Part shown: positions 27,209 to 37,881 of the stretch, in pieces | Layout: every line of letters begins with the position of its first letter | How positions within the stretch are numbered: the first letter of the stretch is position 1 | Origin: a virus | Reading direction: 5' to 3' (one strand) | DNA: 64,000 nt | Virus record (IMG/VR): IMGVR_UViG_3300013117_000027 | Translations under genes and position numbers: made by a program | Notes under the pieces: model-generated | The model's database searches: none | What the model was told of the DNA's origin: nothing | Seen by the model: the letters and a program-made list of their open reading frames with translations, nothing else

Positions 27209-30200
27209 TACAGAACAATCAGAATGGTTCGCTGAAGTATGCGGAGATCCAGCGTTGTGGGCAGAGACATTCTTACGAGATCCTACTAACCCTCAAGAAG
27301 CTTTAAGTCTTAGATCATATCAACGAGAGATCTTAGAAGAGTCAAGAAACTATAAGTACATGGTCTTGAGGTACGGCAGGCGCATGGGAAAGTGTAGTAA
27401 GTATAGTGATATCACGCAGTTACACGATGGAACTAGGTTAACTATTCAAGAATTATGGGAAAGATACAACAACGGTGAAGATTTAAGGTTAATGCAACTC
27501 GAGAAAGACTTAAGTATAACTTCTTCTATGCCTATCTTAATGGAAGACAATGGTAAGAAAAAGACTTTTGAAGTAAAGACTAAGAGTGGTAGAAAGATTA
27601 ATGTTACCGAGAATCATCCTTTGTTAAGGATAGATGGTTGGCAACCTATTGCAGATCTTACGGTAGGAGATCAGATACTTGTCCCTTCTAAGGTAGACTA
27701 CGAAACTACCAAAGAGATAGACGATAGGCTTGTTAAGTTCTTAGGATACTTACTAGGCGATGGCATGATTACGTCTAGAATAGAACTAATAAATAAAGAT
27801 ATAAACATTATTAATGAGTTCGAACAATCCTCTAAATACTTTGATATTAATACAAGACATTGGTTAGAACGAGGATGTTACTATTCTAGAGTTGTACGTA
27901 AAGGTACAACTAATAATGAAGCTATAGACTATCTTAGAGAGTTAGGCTTGTTTGGTACTAACTCACATACAAAGTTTGTTCCTAATGTAATATTCGAACT
28001 TTCTAAAGACCAACAAGCTTTGTTCTTATCAAGACTTTACGCTTGTGATGGATGGGCTTCTGTTTCAAAGTCTAACAGGAAGTCTGGGAATTGTGAGATA
28101 GGTTATTGTTCTGTATCAGAAGATCTTATATACGGTGTGTCTGATATATTAGTTCGATTTGGTATTAAACACTTTATAACAGAAAAAAATATAAAGTATA
28201 AAGGTACACTTAAAAAAGCATTTCAAATACTTATATGTACAAAGGAAGACATCACTACATTTATAAATGACATAGGTATCTTCTCAAAAGAAGAACAATG
28301 TAATAATGTTTTACATAATCTAAAAAATAGAAGTGATCTAAAGAATGGATACTTTTATCAAGTGCCAAAAGAAGCTATACATATATATGATATAAAAACG
28401 CCTCGTAAATATGAGATACGAAAAAATTACAATACATCTAAAGAAAAACTTCTCAGAGCAGCCAAAGATCAACGCATAGAAGACTTAGTTAATATATGTC
28501 ATAGTGATACTTACTTTGATGAGATAGTTTCTATAACATCTACTGGTAATAATCAAACTTACGCTATAGAAGTTCCTAGAACTCATAACTATATAGTAGG
28601 TAATGTTATAACTCATAACACTGTAGCTTTCTGTGCAGACGCTTTATGGTGGACGTGCGCTCAACCTTTAGCGAGACTGTACGACGAAAGTGGTACTAAG
28701 CAGGTACCTTTAAAAGTCCTCGTTCTCACTCCTATGGACTCACAGATTAAGTTAATATTCGATACACTACTAGAGCTATGCTCTGATTCGCCTTTTATAC
28801 AAGAGTTAAATCCTAAGATAAGAAGATCAGACGTGAACGAGATATCATTTTCTAATGGAAGCGTTATCAAAGGTATGACTATAGGTATATCTTCTGCTAA
28901 CAAAGGAACATCTTGTCGTGGACAAAATGCTGACTATATATTTTTAGATGAGTGTGACTATATACCTAGAGAGATAATGGAAGAATCTATTCTACCTATT
29001 TCTAATACTAATCCTGATTGTAAGATAAGAGCTTGTTCTACTCCATCAGGTAAACGTGACCTTTACTTCGAATGGTGTTTCACTAAAGGTAATAAAGTTA
29101 ACACATCTAACGGATTCATTAACATAGAAGATATTAGACCTGGAGATAAAGTGTTCGGTGAAGATGGAGAAGAAGAGTTTGTTGTTAGACGTTATAAACA
29201 ACCATATAAAGGTCAAGTATATTCCGTTGATACTTCTGTTGGTAAGTTTGAATGTACTCCTAATCACGAAATTAAGACGTTCGAAGGTTTTAAAAGATGC
29301 GAAGATATAACTAAAAAAGATTATATAGCTATTCCTAAAGAGTCATATTCTAAAGAGAGAATTATTATAGATCCAAAAGTTTACTATAATGAATTTGATA
29401 AAGAAAGATGTAAAAACTTTAAAAGATATAAAGAGATTGGTTGTAAGACAACAGCAGCAAAAGAGATATATGGATCATCGTCGATGAGACGAATACTATT
29501 AAAATACGAGAATAATCAACGAGAGTATAGTGATCTATGGCCTATAGATAAACGACGACGAGATAATATTATGCGTGCTCAGAAGTTTCTCGATAACATA
29601 TATACAATAGATAGTAAGAAACTATATAGATTTCTAGGATATTATGTTGCTGAAGGAAATATACTAAAAGATTTCTCTGGAAATAGACACTACTATGCCG
29701 GTATTCAGCTAACATTTAATAGTAATGAGAAAGACTATATTAATGAGGTTATAGATACTTCAACGTGTTTGTTTCCTGATGCCAAAATAAGTCAAACCAA
29801 GGATAGAACAGATAATTCAACATCTATTCTTATATACTCGTCTTGGATATCTTATGCGTTCATAGAACTATGTGGAGAATATTCTAAGTATAAACGTATA
29901 AATCCTTCGTTATTATATCATGAGAACACTAAGTGTCTACTCGAGACAGCCATACGTGGAGATGGAACAGGCAGTATAGATACTCATTGGACGTATGTGT
30001 CAAAATCTGAATCTTTGATTAATCAACTTTTATCAATAGCGTATAGATTTGGTATGCCTGTTGGTAAATATTATAACGCAGCGTCTGACTCATATCAGTT
30101 AGGAAGAATATCTAGATTTGTTAGACACGAAGATGATACATACTTTATCAAGGTTAGAGATATAAAAGTTAGAGAATATGATGATTATGTTTATAATTTA

Positions 30201-31421
30201 GAAACTAATAGGACACACACATATAATGTTGAGTTTATGTGTACTCACAATTGTACAAAGGCTGACGAACTAGGTTGGTGGCATAGACATTATCCTTCAT
30301 GGCACGAAGATAACCCTAACTGGCTTTCTATCGACGAATGTCTTAGACAAGGGAGACCTAAACATGAGAGTACAGAGTTTCAGTACAGATCTGTTATGTC
30401 TACAGAAGCATATAATCGTGAGTTCGGTGCAGAGTTCGGTGAAGAGAATCAAGGTGTTTATAAACATGAGTTATTAGATCGATCTATGGTACGGTATTGT
30501 AAAGAATACTTGTCACATAATACAGATGTATTCGATCCTGGGTTTCCTCAAAATCCTCATAACTTATACGTTATAGGTGTTGACTGGAACACTTACAAGA
30601 ATGGCGGACAGGTCGTTATGATAGAGTATTGTAGAGAACCTACAATAGTTAACTACTTTGACGACGAGAAAGGTGAAGATGTTTACATAGACTTCACTGG
30701 TAAGTTCAGACTCTTTTATAGAAAAGGTGTTAAGTCTAAACAGGCTACTCAACGTGAGACAAGAAAAGAGATCATAAGACTTTTAAAGAACTATAAAGTT
30801 GATCACGTATACGTTGACTATGGAGCTGGTGATACTAATATAGAAGAACTTACACATTACGGTAAAGATCATCCAGCACTTAACATAACTCAAAAACTTC
30901 ATGTTGTAGACTCAGGTTCTAATATAGAACACTATGATCCCGTCCTAAAACAAAAAGTTAAGAAGAGAGCTAAGTCGATGATGATTAATACAAGTGTGGT
31001 ATCTTTAGAAGAAGGCAGACTTGTACTTCCTAAAGAAGAAGATTCTAATCATAGATTAGTGTCTCAGATGCGCGGTTACGTTATTAAGAGTACTACCATG
31101 AAAGGCGACTTTACATATGAAGGTGAAGACCACGTACTAGATGCATTTAATCTAGCTATATGGGGATTCCATCATCAGTATAGTCTTCTACTAACAAGTA
31201 ACTATGATAACAAAGTAAGATTCATGGCAAATCCTCTACTAGATAGAGCACCTGTACGACAACAAAAACCTCAGAGTCCTATACTAAGTGATTCAATGAC
31301 GGTACTTAGGGATCCCGAGTTACCAGTTGTTAAAGATGGACCAAAAAAGAGACAATTTAATCTTCCTTCGTGGGGTAAGCGATCGGTTGGTCTACAAAAA
31401 GGTTTTAGGAGACAGTTTTAA
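27198..31421 (+). CDS. terL: Terminase large subunit (1407-aa precursor, ~606 aa after removing two inteins)
   Basis: LRSYQ, GRRMGK|T Walker A, IFLDE Walker B, CSTP, IGVDWN nuclease Asp, DHVLDA. Confidence 0.95.
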   Translation: MKHNTEQSEWFAEVCGDPALWAETFLRDPTNPQEALSLRSYQREILEESRNYKYMVLRYGRRMGKCSKYSDITQLHDGTRLTIQELWERYNNGEDLRLMQLEKDLSITSSMPILMEDNGKKKTFEVKTKSGRKINVTENHPLLRIDGWQPIADLTVGDQILVPSKVDYETTKEIDDRLVKFLGYLLGDGMITSRIELINKDINIINEFEQSSKYFDINTRHWLERGCYYSRVVRKGTTNNEAIDYLRELGLFGTNSHTKFVPNVIFELSKDQQALFLSRLYACDGWASVSKSNRKSGNCEIGYCSVSEDLIYGVSDILVRFGIKHFITEKNIKYKGTLKKAFQILICTKEDITTFINDIGIFSKEEQCNNVLHNLKNRSDLKNGYFYQVPKEAIHIYDIKTPRKYEIRKNYNTSKEKLLRAAKDQRIEDLVNICHSDTYFDEIVSITSTGNNQTYAIEVPRTHNYIVGNVITHNTVAFCADALWWTCAQPLARLYDESGTKQVPLKVLVLTPMDSQIKLIFDTLLELCSDSPFIQELNPKIRRSDVNEISFSNGSVIKGMTIGISSANKGTSCRGQNADYIFLDECDYIPREIMEESILPISNTNPDCKIRACSTPSGKRDLYFEWCFTKGNKVNTSNGFINIEDIRPGDKVFGEDGEEEFVVRRYKQPYKGQVYSVDTSVGKFECTPNHEIKTFEGFKRCEDITKKDYIAIPKESYSKERIIIDPKVYYNEFDKERCKNFKRYKEIGCKTTAAKEIYGSSSMRRILLKYENNQREYSDLWPIDKRRRDNIMRAQKFLDNIYTIDSKKLYRFLGYYVAEGNILKDFSGNRHYYAGIQLTFNSNEKDYINEVIDTSTCLFPDAKISQTKDRTDNSTSILIYSSWISYAFIELCGEYSKYKRINPSLLYHENTKCLLETAIRGDGTGSIDTHWTYVSKSESLINQLLSIAYRFGMPVGKYYNAASDSYQLGRISRFVRHEDDTYFIKVRDIKVREYDDYVYNLETNRTHTYNVEFMCTHNCTKADELGWWHRHYPSWHEDNPNWLSIDECLRQGRPKHESTEFQYRSVMSTEAYNREFGAEFGEENQGVYKHELLDRSMVRYCKEYLSHNTDVFDPGFPQNPHNLYVIGVDWNTYKNGGQVVMIEYCREPTIVNYFDDEKGEDVYIDFTGKFRLFYRKGVKSKQATQRETRKEIIRLLKNYKVDHVYVDYGAGDTNIEELTHYGKDHPALNITQKLHVVDSGSNIEHYDPVLKQKVKKRAKSMMINTSVVSLEEGRLVLPKEEDSNHRLVSQMRGYVIKSTTMKGDFTYEGEDHVLDAFNLAIWGFHHQYSLLLTSNYDNKVRFMANPLLDRAPVRQQKPQSPILSDSMTVLRDPELPVVKDGPKKRQFNLPSWGKRSVGLQKGFRRQF
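27393..28619 (+). mobile_element. TerL intein 1 (409 aa, LAGLIDADG) in the Walker A motif
   Basis: GK|CSKYSD...TENHP...LGYLLGDG...SRLYACDG...VITHN|T. Confidence 0.95.
29076..30251 (+). mobile_element. TerL intein 2 (392 aa, LAGLIDADG)
   Basis: FEW|CFTKGN...TPNH...LGYYVAEG...AIRGDG...CTHN|C. Confidence 0.95.
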
Positions 31422-32722
31422 TGGCAGATAATAAGAAGTTAACACAGTTAGATAATCTTGTTGGTTCAGAGGTAACACCCGAGTTTCTTAATGAGATGAT
31501 GATAGAGGGAAGGATAAGCTTCCCTTTTAAACCTACCACAACAGCAGCCGTGTCTATTCCAGGAGATCAATCAGACGATGATGGGAATATTGAACAGTAT
31601 ATAGATGGTATTCTTAACAACGAAGATCAGATAAAACTTTTAGAAGACATGAGAGACGATATGCTGCAAGGTATGAAGATTCCTCCTGCTAATGACGATA
31701 TAGCAGATGCGGCTAAAAAGTTAGGCTCAGAAGATGGTACTATTACAAAGAAAGTTTTTGATACAGCTGAAGCTATCCTTGATCCTGATATATTTATACC
31801 TAATCAGATAGGTGTAGCCCCTGACATAGGAGCGCTTATCGGTGATAGTAACATAACAGGCGACTTTGTTGCTTGTAGTGAGGTTACACAAGGTATAGCG
31901 GATAACTGGGAGATAACAGGCCAAGACACTGGTACTAACGTAGAAGGTGATAAACATAAGGTTAAGAATACTGTTCAAAAAGCTAAGAAAAAGTACGATA
32001 AGAAGTTATGGGATATGTTCGTATACATCTTCAGAATGTTATGGTGGAATGAGATATGGCCACGTGTTGTACTCTTTCACATAGAGATGACAGAGAAACT
32101 TGTAGCAGTTCCTATCGATATACCTTTCCTTATCCTACGATTCTTTAAGAAGTTCACTAAGAAAAACTTCTACAAGTACGGACCTGTACACAGACTTCTT
32201 AATAAGTTGAAAATATTCTTACTATGTTCTCTTCCTAGAGCTATATTCAAAGACTACGATCCTAGAAAAGAGATAAAAGTCTTTTACAACGATAAGATAA
32301 CACCTGTTGTAGATATGTGTAGTATAGCTAAGCCTGTTAAAGAATGCTTAGAAAATGATGCACATGCACCTAAGTCTTTTAATAGTAACGCTGAAGGTGA
32401 TGAAGATGGATGGCCTAAAGATCAGAAGAAAGCCAGAGACATGCAAGAAGGTATACGTGATACTATTAATAGAGAAACATCATCAACAGATGCTACATGT
32501 GCTCCTATGAAGTTCATGGAGTTACTAAAAGAAGAAGCTGTAGAAGGTCCAGGACTTCCTCCTAACTGCGTAGAAGCAGCTAAGAAAGTTCTAGATGCTG
32601 TATACGAAGATGCTATAAAATTCGGTGAGTATGATGGTCTAGATGATAGTGCTATAGATCAGATAAAGTCTACCTTAGATGGTAGTATTAAAGATGCGAT
32701 TAAGGAGTCAAAGAATGGTTAA
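31421..32722 (+). CDS. Hypothetical protein with a central hydrophobic stretch
   Basis: Long ORF, TAATG-coupled to terL. Confidence 0.75.
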   Translation: MADNKKLTQLDNLVGSEVTPEFLNEMMIEGRISFPFKPTTTAAVSIPGDQSDDDGNIEQYIDGILNNEDQIKLLEDMRDDMLQGMKIPPANDDIADAAKKLGSEDGTITKKVFDTAEAILDPDIFIPNQIGVAPDIGALIGDSNITGDFVACSEVTQGIADNWEITGQDTGTNVEGDKHKVKNTVQKAKKKYDKKLWDMFVYIFRMLWWNEIWPRVVLFHIEMTEKLVAVPIDIPFLILRFFKKFTKKNFYKYGPVHRLLNKLKIFLLCSLPRAIFKDYDPRKEIKVFYNDKITPVVDMCSIAKPVKECLENDAHAPKSFNSNAEGDEDGWPKDQKKARDMQEGIRDTINRETSSTDATCAPMKFMELLKEEAVEGPGLPPNCVEAAKKVLDAVYEDAIKFGEYDGLDDSAIDQIKSTLDGSIKDAIKESKNG

Positions 32723-32978
32723 GAATAAACACGGGTATACCCCAGCAGCTGTCATGTTTAATAATGTGATCAAAGAGATGAGAGACTATATAGAGTATCA
32801 AAAATTCCTAGCGAGAACTATAATAGATAACGAGACTACAAGAGAGTTCAAGAAAAGAACAGATGAACATCCTCAGTCTAAGTATAGATTTAAGTATAAT
32901 AATAAACTTGTTAATGCACATACAGCCGAAGGTAAGAAAGAGGTATTAGATGCCACTACCGAACAATCAAGCGAATAA
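32715..32978 (+). CDS. Hypothetical protein
   Basis: ATG 32715 after TAAGGAG. Confidence 0.65.
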   Translation: MVKNKHGYTPAAVMFNNVIKEMRDYIEYQKFLARTIIDNETTREFKKRTDEHPQSKYRFKYNNKLVNAHTAEGKKEVLDATTEQSSE

Positions 32979-34275
32979 ACAGAAAGAGATACAAGACAAG
33001 ATTAGTAACTTTGCTGACCACTTAGGTCCAGCAGGAGCTAAGGGTGTTGTGGACTTGATAGGTCTTGCTACAGACTCTAAGTTAGACGCTATAGGTTTCT
33101 TGAAAAGACTTACTAACGACGTTAATGTTCCCGTCTTACAACCTCTTGCTAATGACTTAATAGAAGTTTTAGGTTCATTTTATACATCAGAAGAAGTATT
33201 GTGTTGTTTAATAAAGAATCTACTTGTTACCACTAAATTAGGACAAGCTATAGAGGACGCTAAGAAGAAGTTAAAAGATGAGTTAGATAGACTGTCTGAT
33301 AAAGAGAAAGCTGCAATTGTAGTAGGTACAGCTTCTGATCCTGTTACCTTATTAACTTTTAGTGTAGCAGAGTTAGGCTTTATAGATACAATAGATCAAC
33401 TTATATTTATAATAGATACTATCTTGGCTATTATGGGAACAAATATCACAGACATAATGATCCCACCTTTAGATTTTTCTAAGTTACTATCTGATTCTAT
33501 TGTTGGAATGATATGTATAGCGTTACAAGAAATTATATTCACGTTAAGAGATAGCGCTATTGCATGGATAGTAGACGCTTTAACAAAGAATGTTGGTAAC
33601 CAGGCATGGATTAAGTGCTTCCCTTATATGGGTCTTATACAGATTCTGAAAGAATATATACACGACTATGGTCTTCTAGATAAGTTGTTCAAGTTAATAG
33701 AAGGATTTGTAGGCGGTAAGCATGCAAAGTTTAAGAAATATTTAGAGGCTAAGTATCCAAAAAATGTTAAAGATATGGAGTTCTTGAAGTGGTTAAGAGA
33801 TGTTCTTATAAAGATTAGGAATGCTGCTATTAGTTGGGAATTCTGTGTAGACTTAAATTTTGATCCTACCGATGCAGATGAAAAGACAGAAGTGCAAAAG
33901 AATATAGGTATAGAGATTCTTAAAGATGATTTCAAGAAAAAGATAACAGGAAAGCCAGATGATAATATAAACACGACATTAGGCGATAACAATACTATAC
34001 TAATAAACGGAGATATAGAGAATCAAATTAATAAAGATAAGATCGGTGACTTTAGACCTCCGTCTAACAGTGAAGTAAACACCTTTCTAGTCAATCATAT
34101 GGGAATATCAAAAGATTTGGCTGATCAACTAACAGGTTTAACCGATAGAGACAATGTTCAAGGTAGCCTTAGTAGTGATCCACATACGACGAATAACGAT
34201 TGCGGTTATGTTCTAAGTGTTTCTGACCTTGATTCGCAGATTCGTAAACTATTAAGAAGTAATGGATTAGTGTAA
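32950..34275 (+). CDS. Hypothetical helical protein
   Basis: Long ORF in the head operon. Confidence 0.75.
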   Translation: MPLPNNQANKQKEIQDKISNFADHLGPAGAKGVVDLIGLATDSKLDAIGFLKRLTNDVNVPVLQPLANDLIEVLGSFYTSEEVLCCLIKNLLVTTKLGQAIEDAKKKLKDELDRLSDKEKAAIVVGTASDPVTLLTFSVAELGFIDTIDQLIFIIDTILAIMGTNITDIMIPPLDFSKLLSDSIVGMICIALQEIIFTLRDSAIAWIVDALTKNVGNQAWIKCFPYMGLIQILKEYIHDYGLLDKLFKLIEGFVGGKHAKFKKYLEAKYPKNVKDMEFLKWLRDVLIKIRNAAISWEFCVDLNFDPTDADEKTEVQKNIGIEILKDDFKKKITGKPDDNINTTLGDNNTILINGDIENQINKDKIGDFRPPSNSEVNTFLVNHMGISKDLADQLTGLTDRDNVQGSLSSDPHTTNNDCGYVLSVSDLDSQIRKLLRSNGLV

Positions 34276-36338
34276 TGTTTGAAGACCTTAAGTATAACAA
34301 TACCATAAGAGAGCAAGATTACGATATGTATGGACAACCGCTAGCAGACGCTGCTAAGATAGGAGATCCTGTTATAAAGTTTTCTCGTCCTGTGTATATT
34401 AAAAGACAAAGTACCCAGTATCGTCCTGAAGGGGTTCAGTTTTATAGACCAGAGTATGATCTTCCTACTATAGCAAACGCAGTCGCCTTAGATGGTATAC
34501 TTAATAGATCGGTAGCTATATATGTAGAACAGATTATGAAGAACGGGTTTGAATATGTATCAACGTCAGACAGAATGCAGAATCATGCTAACAAACGTAT
34601 ACGTGAGATAGAACTAGGTACTAATATTAAACTTACCGAGATAGTGTCTACGATTGCTAACCAGTTAGTTACATACGGTACTGCTTATCTTATTAAAGTA
34701 AGGAAAAACTCTAAGATAGGGAAAACTTATAAGTTGTATAATAGAAAAGTTAAACCTGTAGTAGGAGTATTTGTTGCTGACGCTACTACCATGGAAGTTG
34801 GTCTTAACGCTAAACAAAAGGTTACTCATTACAGACAAAATCTTAATGGACAATGGAATACTTTTATGGTAGACGATGTTATTCAGTTTACTTATAATAA
34901 AGTTCCAGGACAGTTAACTGGAAGATCTAATATTAATCAAGTGTTAGACGATGTAAGAGCGTTAAGAAAACTAGAAGAAGAAGTAGAGATCTTAGGTTTT
35001 CAATATGCTATACCTTTATACTTATATAAAGTAGGAACAGACTCCCATCCTGCTGCACCTGGTGAAGTAGACGCTGTAAGTACTACTATTAATCATATGC
35101 CTACCTATGGTATGATGTGTGTACCTCATACACACGATATGGAAGCCGTATCTCAATCTAATGCTAATATTGATATAATGCCGTTTATAGATCATTACAA
35201 GAATAGAATAAACGCTGGTCTTGGTATATCATCTGTTGCTATGGGACAGTCAGATACTTCTAATAGGAATACATCAGAGATACAAGATTTATCAATGCAG
35301 ACTATTACAAAGTCTTACCAACAAATTATAAAGAACAAGTTAGACCTAGAGTTATTCAAAGAGATAATACTTGATGCTGGCGCTAATCCAATGAACTTCG
35401 ACCTAGAGATAAGATTCCCAGAGATAGATCTAGAAGCACAGATAAAGCATGAGACACATGTTCTACAAAAATATCAAGGTAACCTTATATCAAGAGAAGA
35501 AGCAAGATTACAAATAGATATGGAATCTAAGATAAACGAACAAGACTTTCACTTAGAAAATGTTCAGATACCTCTTATAGAAGCAGAAGCTAAAGCTAAG
35601 ATGGGTATACAAGAACCTGCTCTTAAGACACAAGAAAAGATAGCACGTATGGGTGCTGCCGCTAAGCCAACAACGTCAACCGGTAGATCATCTAGTATAG
35701 GAGCTAAGGCTAAGTCTAAGACAACGAAGTCTACAAATAGTACTACATCTAAAAGTCAACCTTCTAATCAATCAGGTAAACAGTTATCTAGACCTAAGAT
35801 TAAGAGAGACTTTATAGACAGTATGACTGATTACACAGATACTATCGGTGGTATCTTCATAGACGGTAACGGACATAAGTCAGACATTAACCGTAGTACA
35901 TACCTTAAGAAGGTTAGAAACAATATAAAATCTAATGTTACAGAGTATTTGAACTATACTATTAAAGACTATTCAGAGTATTATCATACAGACAGTGACA
36001 TAGATAAATGTAAGGTCAGAGATGAGATAACAGACTACATAATGCTTCGAGTAGAAGATAAGGTTAAAAGACTTGCTAAAGTAGATTCATTAGCTATAGT
36101 AAGATATACGTTAGATTCTATTAAAGACGAAGTAGATTGTGAAGAACGTATAGATAACTATGTTAGAGCATATTTCTTAAGAAGTATGGGTTACACAAGT
36201 ATACTATATAATTCTGACGATTGTATATTACATTCTGACTATAATATAGATATAGAGAATGTGTCTATAGGCACAGTACCTCCATTAAAGTATGGATGTG
36301 GTTGTATAATAAAGGATCATACAGATGGCAATAGCTAA
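34275..36338 (+). CDS. Portal protein
   Basis: Position between terL and protease; DDVRALRKLEE, PLYLYKVG, AGLGISSVAMG..SNRNTS, NLISREEAR. Confidence 0.85.
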   Translation: MFEDLKYNNTIREQDYDMYGQPLADAAKIGDPVIKFSRPVYIKRQSTQYRPEGVQFYRPEYDLPTIANAVALDGILNRSVAIYVEQIMKNGFEYVSTSDRMQNHANKRIREIELGTNIKLTEIVSTIANQLVTYGTAYLIKVRKNSKIGKTYKLYNRKVKPVVGVFVADATTMEVGLNAKQKVTHYRQNLNGQWNTFMVDDVIQFTYNKVPGQLTGRSNINQVLDDVRALRKLEEEVEILGFQYAIPLYLYKVGTDSHPAAPGEVDAVSTTINHMPTYGMMCVPHTHDMEAVSQSNANIDIMPFIDHYKNRINAGLGISSVAMGQSDTSNRNTSEIQDLSMQTITKSYQQIIKNKLDLELFKEIILDAGANPMNFDLEIRFPEIDLEAQIKHETHVLQKYQGNLISREEARLQIDMESKINEQDFHLENVQIPLIEAEAKAKMGIQEPALKTQEKIARMGAAAKPTTSTGRSSSIGAKAKSKTTKSTNSTTSKSQPSNQSGKQLSRPKIKRDFIDSMTDYTDTIGGIFIDGNGHKSDINRSTYLKKVRNNIKSNVTEYLNYTIKDYSEYYHTDSDIDKCKVRDEITDYIMLRVEDKVKRLAKVDSLAIVRYTLDSIKDEVDCEERIDNYVRAYFLRSMGYTSILYNSDDCILHSDYNIDIENVSIGTVPPLKYGCGCIIKDHTDGNS

Positions 36339-37869
36339 CATAGAAACATTTTGTGACACAAAAGACTTTATAGATATTAAGATGAGAGCTACTCACTTAG
36401 AGTTTATTAATAGTAATAGTTTATGGTATACATTGAAAGCTGCTAAGAGATGCGGTAAGTCATGGGTTTCGCCTTACAATCTTCCGCAGTTACTTCATCA
36501 TGATAAACGTAAAGATCCTGTTGGTCGAATTATCGACTACAAGATAAAGAATACAAAGAAAGATACTAATCCATTAGACGGCGAACCAGAGAACTTCGTT
36601 GAACTTACTGTGCGTATAAGTGACAAGAAAGCTATGGCAAATGTTTTACGTGGACTATATAATACTGGATCAGTAGGTAGTTCTGCTGATAAAGTTATAT
36701 GTAGTGAATGCGGACAGGTCATTACTGAAGAAGGACTTTGTGAACACGATAAAGGTACCCTTAATGATAAGGGACAAACTATATATTGGATTATAGATAA
36801 TATAACATATAGGGAGAACTCGTTCGTTAATACTCCTGCTGACTCGTTCAGTAGAATAGTAGATATTAATCTTGGTAACGGCTTTACTCCTTATAACGAT
36901 TTCCTGGACAACCGGGAAGTAATAATAAAAGGAATAATCACGGAGGATTCGATGATTAAAGATGCAAAACTCACTGCTGCGGCAAGAAAGAAACTTCCTG
37001 AGTCTATTTTTTGCGGTCCGGGACGCACTTTTCCATCACATGACGAAGCACATGTGAAGAGTGGTCTTAAACTAATAGATTCATTAGAACTATCTGATGA
37101 AACAAAGAATAAGATAAAAGGAACCTTGTATCGTAAAGGTAAGAGGTTTAATGTCACTCCAACAGATGAAGAACTAACAACTAATCCAGAACTTCTAATG
37201 TATCGTAAAGATGAAGACTTCAGTGATGAAGAAAAGACATCTTTAGAAGATTACTTTAAGGCAAATCCTGAAGCAGATCTTCCTGTAGTAGAAGATACTA
37301 TACCAGAAGTAAAAGATGAAGAAGTTAAAGACGAAATCAGTTTCGACGACATCAAGAAGAAAAATAAAGATGAAATCGTAGCATATACAGAAAACATTAT
37401 AAAAGAACATAATGATGCAGTAAGTACGTATACTAAAGAAGTAACAGATCTTAAGACTGAAAAAGAAAGATTAAGTACTGAATTATCTGACAAAGATAGT
37501 ATACTAAATGCTAAAGAGGATGAAATTAGTAAGCTATTAGACGATAATGCAGTTTTAGAAAATAAGTATAAGAAAACTCTTGTTTCAACTATTCTAGATC
37601 TTAAAGAACTAGATGTAGAAGATAAGAAAGATGAGTTAGAAAATAAATATATGGCGCGTGGATTCGATAGTTTAATTGATACTATTAACGATCTACGAAG
37701 TCTTAATCTAGATAGCCCATCTGAAAAGGTTGATGATCCAACTATTACAGATGATGGCCAAGGAGATAACAAAGGCACAAAACCAGAAGAACAAGAGGAT
37801 AGTGAAGAACTCACACCACCTGAAACTCTTGATCCAAAGTTCGGTGTTTTTTACACAAAACGAAACTAG
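36325..37869 (+). CDS. Prohead protease fused to an acidic coiled-coil scaffold
   Basis: LLHHD..DPVGRI, TGSVGS, CSECG..CEH, RENSFVNTPAD; E/D/K-rich C-terminal half. Confidence 0.85.
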   Translation: MAIANIETFCDTKDFIDIKMRATHLEFINSNSLWYTLKAAKRCGKSWVSPYNLPQLLHHDKRKDPVGRIIDYKIKNTKKDTNPLDGEPENFVELTVRISDKKAMANVLRGLYNTGSVGSSADKVICSECGQVITEEGLCEHDKGTLNDKGQTIYWIIDNITYRENSFVNTPADSFSRIVDINLGNGFTPYNDFLDNREVIIKGIITEDSMIKDAKLTAAARKKLPESIFCGPGRTFPSHDEAHVKSGLKLIDSLELSDETKNKIKGTLYRKGKRFNVTPTDEELTTNPELLMYRKDEDFSDEEKTSLEDYFKANPEADLPVVEDTIPEVKDEEVKDEISFDDIKKKNKDEIVAYTENIIKEHNDAVSTYTKEVTDLKTEKERLSTELSDKDSILNAKEDEISKLLDDNAVLENKYKKTLVSTILDLKELDVEDKKDELENKYMARGFDSLIDTINDLRSLNLDSPSEKVDDPTITDDGQGDNKGTKPEEQEDSEELTPPETLDPKFGVFYTKRN

Positions 37870-37881
37870 GAGGATTTAAAA

